A stretch of 23,879 nucleotides of DNA, taken from NCBI RefSeq assembly GCF_000143415.4, contig NW_003314469.1:43619-67497 (forward strand), given 5' to 3'. Of this stretch, positions 12,424-21,821 are shown in pieces. The translations under genes and the position numbers were made by a program. The notes beneath the pieces are model-generated. The model made no database searches. It had not been told where the DNA came from and worked only from the letters and a program-made list of their open reading frames with translations. How positions within the stretch are numbered: the first letter of the stretch is position 1; each line of letters starts with the position of its first letter. The DNA comes from Selaginella moellendorffii (Eukaryota > Plantae > Lycopodiophyta).

Positions 12424-12864
12424 TCATGAGAAGGGAAGAAGGAAATAAATAAGATGACCCCTAAGTGATCCAGAGAATTTACTAAACGATGTGTTCTGTA
12501 AGATCTTGAGATTCGAGAGAGTTACGCAAGAATCCAACGCCGAGATGAGTGTCAGCTTGTCCGATTTCACTCCCTGGAGTTGCATATGAATGAATACTCT
12601 GGCAGCCGAGCGATCGTCGTCACAGCAAGAGAAAGAGGACAGCAGCCCATTCCAAAGAAGAGCACTGTAGCCACCGGAAGAGAAAGAGACTTGATCAAAA
12701 GCTTGTCTCACTTCGTCCAGGCTTCCACAGGCCCTGTATGCGTTCATAAGAGCTCTCCCCAAGACCTTGTCGATCTCCACGCCACTATCTCTCACAGCTT
12801 CGTGGATCACTCTCGTCTGATCCAGTCTCCAGCAAGCATCTAGCATTGTCACAAAGGTCGCCAT
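12424..12864 (-). pseudogene. PLS-class pentatricopeptide repeat (PPR) fragment
   Basis: ATFVTMLDAC, ALMNAYRACGSLDEVRQAFD, WNGLLSSF and MQLQGVKSDKLTLISALDSC; only 2-3 motifs, no E/DYW domain. Confidence 0.88.
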
Positions 12865-13541
12865 AAAGATGAATTCAAGCTTGCTGAACTTCTTTTTATT
12901 ATACAGCCTTCATGTAAAATTAGATCACATGTTTTCCTCTTTCTTTTGCCACCCATTGATCTATAGGAGATTTTACAATCTCTTTTAGAAATAGAAGCTT
13001 AGACAGCGTGTGCAGGCTCTAGATGGTGATAATAAGTAAATAGACAAATAGCCAGACCACAAGAAAATAGAAGCACACTGAATGTTGCCCTTAGGACTTT
13101 CTAATTATCTCTCAGAGAACACAGAAACAAAATTACCTCTTGACAAATGCATAAGGCAACCTAATTGTGTAGTTCTTTTTTCTATGATTCGAAACAGTTT
13201 TTCTTAACCTACGTGTCTATTAGTTACACTCTCAAAAAGCCTTTGACAGTAAAGAGGTTTACCACAGCTTTTTAAGGTAATATTGTGACATTGTAATAAT
13301 CTTTTCTAATATTGTGATAAGTGATTAGAGGAAATAACATCCCCTTCAACCACGACATCAGAAATGTGAACTTTGCAATTTGTTTGATTCTAACATACAG
13401 TTGCCATCATAGTCCCATAAACTAAATGTGCCCAGAGGCAATGTGATCCCAGAGCCAGCCAACGCAGATCCTAGGCTCTGCCCTTGATGCTCATGGCAAT
13501 CCGCTGCAATTGGAGGGAAAAGAGAAAAAACTCAGTTAAAA

Positions 13542-13927
13542 CTGGATCTTACAAGTACAAAACAAAACAAAGAAAAATGCTACCTGTACACTGGTTTGGA
13601 GAGCTTGATCAACGTATTTTAGTGGTTGTTTCTCCATTTGAAGAGTTCCCCTGCAGGATAAAAGTTTATTGCTAAGCAAACATGAGTCGCAATCTGCAAG
13701 GAAAAGGTCAATTTAGAAAGCAAGATCAATCCCCTGGATCTTACAAGTACAAAACAAAAAAAAGAGAAAATGCTACCTGTACACTGGTTTGGAGAGCTTG
13801 ATCAACGAATTTTAGTGGTTGTTTCTCCATTTGAAGAGTTCCCCTGCAGGATAAAAGTTTATTGCTAAGCAAACATGAGTCACAATCTGCAAGGAAAAAG
13901 TCAATTTAGAAAGCAAGATCAATCCCC
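13542..13927. repeat. About 192-bp tandem duplication containing a small minus-strand exon-like segment
   Basis: ctggatcttacaagtac...caagatcaatcccc starts at 13542 and 13734; the copies are near-identical. Confidence 0.95.
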
Positions 13928-14079
13928 GAATCTCTCTTTCAGCACATGCGCAATTAACCTGTTCAAAAGATCAGTGCAAGTTTTAAGTCAGAAATATCAC
14001 ATTGTTTCTGCTGATTATGACGCTCTTATCCGTGCTCTTCATGGCAAAATACTGGCAGGAACCTTTCAACTCTACTAAA

Positions 14080-15356
14080 TGTACACTTGCATCACAAAAA
14101 GGCTTTTTCATCCCATATATAAGAAACGACTATGAAAAAACTCACCTTCCTGTGTTACCACAACCAAGAGATTTGACAGGCCGAAAATGGTGGAGTCAGT
14201 TTCTCGCCACTAGTTTGAATCTGCATTTAAAACAAGCAAGAAAACTGGAGAAGTCATCAGACTAAACATGCGCTCATGAATCTTTCTAATAGCATCCCAA
14301 GAGTTTAGATAAACGACTTTAGAGTGTTTAGCCCGAAGGTTGTTGGTTGTCTGGACACGAGCAAAAGAAAAAAAATTCTTGAACTCCCAAACAGCCCTCT
14401 GTTACTCGCTCCTGCACAACAAGAATCAAGTTAGCCACAGAGATCAAGAGAAATGAGAGATCATGCTAAAACCTAGATCCATATGCATGCTGGGAATCTT
14501 GTTGCAAGCCCTTGGCGTGACAGGATGAGAGATCCAGGAGCACCAGGCAGTCTCTTTGTTGCTTGATCATATATGAGCTGCCCAAGCACGTACTCCTTGT
14601 TGTACATAATAAGAGGCAGTAAAATATGCACATGTAAAGAAGCACTGAGAATATGCATACATCTGAAGCAGGTCTGCAGCTGCATCATGTCTTGACAACA
14701 CTGTCACCTCCAAACCTCGCCGCATATCTCTGGCCTAAAGAAATCGTCAACAAGAACAACACAAGAAAGAGAAAACGTACCATAAAATTCACAGTCTCTT
14801 GATCTTCCAAAGTCATATCAAACAATGACATGACCACTGAGTGGGTATAAATATTTTTCCTTTGACAAGACTGTATGACACACACAACATGGCGAACAGG
14901 AGGGATTGTACACTTGCATCACAAAGAGGCTTTTTAATCCCATAAATAAGAAACGACTATGAAAAAACTCACCTTCCTGTGTCACCAAAATCAAGAGATT
15001 TGACAGGCTGAAAATGGTGGAGTCAGTTTCTCGCCACTAATTTGAATCTGCATTTAAAACAAACAAGAAAACTGGAGAAGTCATTAGACTAAACATAGGC
15101 TTATGAACCTTTCTAATAGCATCCTGAGAGTTTAGATAAACGACTTTAGAGTGTTTAGCCCAAAGGTCATTGGTTGTCTGGACACAAGCAAAAGAAAAAA
15201 AATCTTGAACTCCCAACAGCCCTCTGTTACTTGCTCCTGCGCAACAAAAACCAAGTTAGCATTAGAGATCAAGAGAAATGAGAGATCAGCCATACGCATG
15301 CTGGGAATCTTGTCGCAAGCCCTTGGTGTGACAGGGTGAGAAATCCGGGAGCATCA
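14080..15356. repeat. About 450-bp direct duplication (about 14080-14545 and 14908-15356) around unidentified exon-like sequence
   Basis: Both copies run from tgtacacttgcatcacaa to ...gcaagcccttgg.gtgacagg.tgaga.atcc.ggagca. Confidence 0.92.
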
Positions 15357-15503
15357 GCCAGTGGGGAAGTCATCACGGAGCTGGAGATTGTGTTCTTCAG
15401 ACTGTCCGCCATTGACCTGTGCATCTGTTGCGAATGGCAATGAACAATCAACAATCCAGCCTTTTGCAAAGGGTACGCACACTCCTGCTGCTGTGTTCAC
15501 CAC

Positions 15504-15505
<2 letters not shown>

Positions 15506-15585
<80 letters not shown>
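15506..15585. repeat. (GA)40 microsatellite
   Basis: Read directly. Confidence 0.98.
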
Positions 15586-15589
<4 letters not shown>

Positions 15590-15835
15590 AGCTTACAATC
15601 TGCCTGAGTCCTAAAAGATTCACTTGATTTGGAGGGTCATTCAATTCAAAGTTGAAGCGTTGCCACCCCTTTGGCACTTGATCTATGCCATCTATTTGAA
15701 GTTTTTGAATTTGAGCTGTTAGATTATAAGTATATTCAGAAATAATATTCTAAAAATGGAATAAAAGATGCCGGATGCCATATGCCAATAGCATGTTTAA
15801 ATAAGGGGGTACTATCAGAGACCCCAGCTCCGCTG

Positions 15836-16743
15836 GGAAATATAGCATACCTAAAATAAATACATCTTCTATTTTAATTTTACAATGTTAGAAATTTTGA
15901 TTGTATACAAGGTTAAATTTATCTTAATTTTGCTACTCTTCACCTCTAAAGAAATGCAGAACAATGCAAATAGATAAAAAATGCAAGTTTTGGAAAACAT
16001 AATATCATTTTTTCATCATCACTAAATTTAAATTTGAATTTTTTTATTGCCTTTATAAAAAGATACAAAAACCTAAACATGTCTACAAGATTGATGCCAT
16101 GATTTAAAATCAATTGATTTTTCACAAAACCAAAGAATTATATACTGCCAAAAAAAAAGGTTTGGGGAAATTATTTTTTGATTACATACTAAGCTTTTTT
16201 TTTTATTTATCTGAACTATAATGCTGCCTTTAACTTTCATAGTCTAATAAAGAACAAAAGAATTTCTATTATGTGTCTTGATTTATATTTACAAATAAAC
16301 ATAAGTAAATCTATCTAGATATTCACACTACATTAGAGGTGTTTGAAAAGAGGTACATCCAAAGATAATAATTATATTAGAGATATAATTGTATTAAGAC
16401 AAATCTCTACTAATGCTTTATAACAAAACTATACATTCCAATTTATAAAAACATTACTATTGAATGATTACACACTACTTACTCTTCAGCAATTATATAA
16501 AGAAGAATATGATTGCAGATTAATATATTATATAAAAATATTAATGTTTTAAATATAAACATGGAGATAACATTAATATGTACATATTAAAATTAATTTT
16601 TTAATCTATTTGCATTATTGTGCATTTCTTTAGAGGTGAAGAGTAGCAAAATTAAGATAAATTTAACCTTGTATACAATTAAAATTTCTAACATTGTAAA
16701 ATTAGAAAAGAAGATGTATTTATCTTAGGTATGCTATATCTCC
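15836..16743. repeat. About 147-bp inverted repeat (15836-15982 and 16596-16743)
   Basis: The reverse complement of 16596-16743 matches the 3'-subterminal sequence of D with few mismatches. Confidence 0.93.
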
Positions 16744-16872
16744 TACTTTTAATTTTACCTGGATATTTAATTTTGCTATTTCTTTTTCCTTTAACTCTTC
16801 ATCCTTGATGTGCTAAAAGTTTTTCTGAAAACCTTATTATTGTAAATAACTCTTCCAGAGAGTAATTGCAAG

Positions 16873-16875
<3 letters not shown>

Positions 16876-16921
<46 letters not shown>

Positions 16922-16988
16922 GTTCTCATTTTGTTTTATTATTATCATGGGATAATAAAAGTTTTATTATTATCATGGGATAATAAAA
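16876..16988. repeat. (TA)n microsatellite followed by a 28-bp tandem duplication
   Basis: TA run 16876-16919; gttttattattatcatgggataataaaa at 16933 and 16961. Confidence 0.95.
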
Positions 16989-18906
16989 TAGTGCTTATTA
17001 TTGACATTATTACTATTTTCTGAACACTATAATGGTGAATGATATAATGGATTTTCTTTGCTTACCAGAATTAAATCTGTATTGTCATAGAAGTGTTAGA
17101 ATGTCATTATGTGTGACAAATTTCCATTTTTTATTACTGCTCTAATCCCAATTTCCAATGCATGCCATTAATATTACTGCATTAGTAATAGAACTATTCA
17201 GTATCTACATTATCAATAATTAAAAAGCTGTATTATTTGAATTTATCTGGATTATTGTGATATTTTTTAATATCATCATTTAAATTAATCAGGGGAGGAC
17301 CCTAGCATAAATTCTAACTTTTTTTTTTCTTAAACCTATCTGCTATTTGTAAGATATGTTGTTTCTCCTTTTTCTCAATCTATTTTTAATTTTTATCGTG
17401 CTCATTGAATAGCCCACCACTTGATAAGACTTAACACCCAAGGAACTTCATGTGCTTGGATGTACCAGCAAGGACTCCTTAGCTTATGGAACTGCAGAAG
17501 GTAGCTCAATTTTTTCTTTCATATCCAAGAAGAAGCTAGCAAAGCTTTTTCTTGTAGTTTCTTAAGTCTTCAAGAGTAGTGTTTTCTACAAAAATAATGA
17601 TATTTTTGAGATATCCATAAGAATTGCATGTTTGGAATATATACATCACCAAAGATTTCTCTAAATAACAGAAAACAAATTACTTTCCAATATAAATACT
17701 ACTATGTTTTTCATAAGATTAGCAACCTTCCTTATTCTTTCTTGCTTCAAATGCCAAATCCATTATATGTTTTTTCTCTAAAATCCTTCTTTAGGCCAAC
17801 TATCAACTTCTTATTTTTCTACTTACTACAAGGTCTCATCTTTTCACATTTGCAATAATGTGTTAGCTTGGACTATTGAAATAGGAGATTGTGATCTTAG
17901 GATACCATTATTTGCACGAATTTATGATGTTAGTTTTTGCAGCAGTGGATTGTAACACATTTGTTAAGGACCCTTTCATAATAAGATTGAAATGGTGACC
18001 TTTGTGGCCCAAACTCATGTTTCTATGCTCCCTGCCACCACAAGCCATTCTAAGGAGGCTCCTGAATCTAGTGTCAAGCAATGCAACTGATGTTAGATCT
18101 CTTCCTCTTGCAAGGATATGTGTCTGTCTGGGTATTCGCAAAGGTGATGAATCCAATTCTATTCTTCTTCCACATTTTGTCTTGGGTGATTCATTATTTG
18201 CTTTCATTGTTTGAGAGTGAAGTGGCAAGAGACTGACTTTTTTTTATGAAATCTCTGCTTGTGTAATTCTGTCTTTGTAAGCATTGTTTTGTAGTCAAGC
18301 AAAGCCACAAAGGCTACAACAGGCAGTACAATGTACTCCTATTTAACTATTTATTAGAACAAGAAAATATCATACTACACCTTACTATTTCTCATTCCCT
18401 AGACATTCCTCAGATGCTGCTCATAGAATTCCAGAAGCTGTAACTTGACTCCATAAAACATGAAAGAAGCAGTGAAAAAGTACCTTTCATAGTTTAAAGG
18501 TTTTTTCTCATTATTGAAAGATATCCAGAGGAGGTTAACACTTCAGAGCCTCACAAGCGCCTCATAAATTGCCCTTAAAGAGATGGTGTTCAGTTCTATG
18601 GTTCTTTAAGAATACCTACCAGTTTGACTCTGTCTTGAACATGTCGTCATTAGGTCCATTGGAGAAAAGGGTAACCATAAATGCAGAGTTTTTATAAATA
18701 GTGTTTCCTTCGAAATACAGAAGCGACAGAGATGAATTAGAACAGTGGAGGACATAGCATATCATCTAGTATGAGGTACAATTCAGTAGAATACTTTTTT
18801 CTTTTTTAATTACAGAAGTTTTGAAACTCTTACAGAATAGTCTGGATGTGGCCTAAAGAAGAAATTTTGTATGAAGGAAAGTTTGTATGAAATTGGAAAT
18901 GTTTAT

Positions 18907-19332
18907 CTTCACTTTCTCAAGCACATCATGGATTTTTCTTTAGGAAATCAGCCACATGATGACATGAGCTGTTGAGTTGTGACCAGCGTTCATGTACATG
19001 TTGAGCATGTCTATGATATGAGCGTCTTCCAGCACCTCTTTTTTGTCATCCAGCTGATCCATGAGCAACGAAAGAATGCTTGCTTCCTGCGGGTTTCCAG
19101 AAGCGCTGGTTGATCACGTCCTGGATAAGCTTGATGAGCTTTTGCCTCGGCCTGAAAATGAGAAAACGTCACAAAGCTATGTACAACGCATATGGCTTTG
19201 TTGTAGGCAGTGCCGAGGAAGTTGATGGGGAGAGCCTGAATGCCTTGGTTGACAATGTAGTAGAAGGAGAAAGTCTCTTCCATGTCAAGACTGGAGTCTT
19301 TCCCATATAAAATGTAGAGGACAGTTAGAAAC
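18907..19332 (-). pseudogene. CYP88: Cytochrome P450 internal fragment, CYP88/ent-kaurenoic acid oxidase-like
   Basis: VNQGIQALPINFLGTAYNKA, an intron, then RQKLIKLIQDVINQR...LEDAHIIDMLNMYMNAGHNSTAHVIMW, which resembles the CYP88 I-helix IIDVLLMYLNAGHESSGH..MW. Frameshifted; no heme-binding motif. Confidence 0.78.
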
Positions 19333-19334
19333 GT

Positions 19335-20816
19335 TTCCTCCTGTGATGTTTTCCTTCCTGGCGTTAGAGAGTAACTGAGGATCAAACAAAACAAATCTCG
19401 CCATGTAAGATTGCACTGCCTGAGCAAAGCCAGGCTTGTATGAGAAGAGCAGCCCATGGAAAAGCTTCCCATTGATGGACGCTTCTAACGTGTATCCGTA
19501 GTTGAATATGTCGCTTACTTTAGCCTCGAACATCTTCTCGCCTAGCGGCTGAACATGAGCTTGAAACTATGTAGCATGAGTTTGACAGGGAAAATTGGAG
19601 AGATCCAAGTTTTTCTGCAGATACCTCCGTGAGATGAAACCAAGCTCTTGTCTGCATCCCGTTGCTTGTCTAGCACGAATGGCGTGGCATGATACTCTTG
19701 CCGCCTTCTCTTAAGTTCCTTACGCATGGATAGCTTTGGTTCTGATGGATCTTTCTCCCTCAGCATCTCTTCACAGAAAAACGGCAACCATATTGTCAAG
19801 AATGGCAGCAATGTCAATAAAAGAAGAAGCCAACCTGTGCCGAGAAAATACATATCATCCAGAGCTTCAAGCTCTTCGTTACATCCCCCATAGAAGAATC
19901 ATATGCCTCGCTCTGCGTCCACGGAATCTCCTGCAAGGGAGAAACGTGGAGAAGGCCCGGGACCAGAGGGATTCGAAGCTGCCCAAACACCAGTCGCTAC
20001 AAAATACGTAAAAGCCCCATGAGAGACTCACGTACTTAAGTCGAGAGTATGGACGTCATTGAATAGCTTGTGATCATAGGAGAATCCTCCAAACACGACG
20101 AGATACTTTCCATGGCTGATTGTTGTGTGCCCGGCTCTTAGCATTAGCTCCGCACCAGTCGTCTTTACCTCCCGCCATGCCATTGTTTCTGGAAACGCAA
20201 ATGAATTCGCAAGTTTAAAACCAGCACCATGTATGTACCTGTGTCCAGAATATAAACATCGTTTAGATAGGCATTACCACCGTCCTCGCCACCCATGACA
20301 ACGAAACAGTTCTTATAGAAAGAGCAGGTATGGCTATCCTGAGGAATAGGCAAGACTCCAGTGGTAGAAATCTTCTTCCAGACAAAAGTATCTACAGGAA
20401 AAAAAAAAAGTTTAGAAGAAAACCAGGAAAGATAACAGGATATTACTCGTGTTCAAAACATGGAGGTCGTTGTAGTACTCCTCCTCTGAGGGATCGCTGG
20501 ATTTCCCACATCCCCCAAACACAAACAGGTTGTCACCAATGAGAGACGCGCTATGTCCTTCTCTCGAAGCAGGAACATCACCAAAAACGTCGGGTTTCCC
20601 CTAGGTGGTGGTAGCTGCATCAGATGGTAAGAACAAGAAAAAAAATTGATAGAACTCGAAGCTTACCAGTATCCAAAACAAAGAGATCGTTGAGCAGGCT
20701 GGTTCCATTGGTACCACCAAACACATAGAGCTTAGACCCGACGGCCGTTGAGCTGTGGCTGTCTCGAGGAGAAGGGTGCGTTCCTTTCATCACAGGCTTG
20801 CTCCAGGTGTACGTCC
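19335..20816 (-). pseudogene. Kelch-repeat gene, copy 2
   Basis: Paralogous to 8085-9551. Keeps the segments deleted in copy 1 but has a TAG at about 20602-20604 where W is expected, a shortened intron near 20027 and a truncated 3' end. Confidence 0.85.
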
Positions 20817-20853
20817 CTGCGCGATCCCACCAGAAGAGTGAAGAACCTTGATT

Positions 20854-21525
20854 CTAGTCGTCGATGACAACGTGAATCCCCTTGTTGTCCGAGACGTTGT
20901 CCCTGTCGTGAGCTCCATCCACCATAGCCTCTTCGCCTTTCACTCCCAATCCTTGTCGCATTTCTGAGCAGAGCACGTCGATCTGTCGAATGCACCTGCG
21001 CACGCGGATGCCGGCGCTTTTTTTTTCCAGCGTAAATCTGGAAGGTGTCGAGCCTGTTCTCGCTGATCATCGAGCACAACTATGATGACACAGAGAAAGC
21101 CGTGAGCCTCTCAAACCTTTGCAAACGGAGAAACAAACACAACCTCGTTGTAATAGGCTGGGACTTTCAGCCGCTTAGGATCGTTATCCAGTGCCGTTCC
21201 CAGGACTTCTTCCGGAGCTGTTCAAAAACGAACGCATTAGAGTTTTTTCTAGTGTCTAAATCGAAGGAACTCACTCAAAGGTGTTGCATAAGGAACAAAT
21301 GTAGGTTGCGGCTTTTGGTAGGAGGTTTTTTGGTCCCTCGCCAGGCTCGACACCACCGTTGCTGCAATTGGCCGGAATATCTTGGTCATCCTGGAACATC
21401 TCAAGTTAGAATCGCAGGGACGACAAAAGGGGGGTGGAGACTCTTTTACCAGATGATATTCTCTGTTGAATACTTTTTCCATAAGTGTGACTCTTTTCTT
21501 CACGAACTCGGTAATTCTACGAACT
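20854..21525 (-). pseudogene. PKL: PICKLE/CHD3 C-terminal fragment, copy 3
   Basis: RRITEFVKKRVTLMEKVFNREY; near-identical to copy 2. Confidence 0.75.
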
Positions 21526-21821
21526 CTACAAACAGAGACAAATCCCTTCCTAGGGTTAGAAATAGGATAAATGAAACGTACCATCTACATATCAATCTGC
21601 AAAGCATACTTAAGCAAAGCATTCCCTCCCAGTCGATGGAGCGGTTGCAAATCTAGAATTGAAACAGTACCTCCCATATTGCCATCTTGGCCGTCTATAT
21701 CAATTGTCACAGATTTGGACAGTCAGATTAATAGTATCTACCATAAGTAAAATTGAATATTCTTAAAATGGAATATGGACGCCGATGCCAAAATAGCAAC
21801 TTTAAATAAAGAGTTTGATGA

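Larger units (their letters stand above)
10554..15811 (-). mobile_element. Helitron-like element C (its first three bases, TCA, are displaced to 21821-21819)
   Basis: 3' CTAG at 10557-10554 with hairpin cccagc-tcc-gctgag (10565-10579). From 15811 the minus strand reads TACCCCCTTATTTAAAC; adding TCA gives a 20-nt 5' end that aligns without gaps to that of element A. Confidence 0.7.
15812..21818 (-). mobile_element. Helitron-like element D, about 6.0 kb, both termini visible
   Basis: 5' TCAAACTCTTTATTTAAAG at 21818, identical to B and preceded by A. 3' end ATAG (variant of CTAG) at 15815-15812, followed by T, with the perfect hairpin cccagc-tcc-gctggg (15823-15837). A^T flanks with no target duplication are typical of Helitrons. 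Confidence 0.8.

Noticed and set aside
15354-15677. ER/SL-repeat ORFs (also 2294-2570)
   Set aside because: Translations of GA microsatellites.
15836-16743. MITE or MULE defined by the long inverted repeat
   Set aside because: No target-site duplication is visible, and the arm is Helitron 3'-subterminal sequence found unpaired near 2706, 2997 and 6437.
21045-21656. 203-aa plus-strand ORF, and its relatives at 1774-2136 and 9836-10390, as a conserved novel protein
   Set aside because: These are antisense shadows of the PKL-like fragment; they recur because the DNA is duplicated, and their frames and ends differ between copies.
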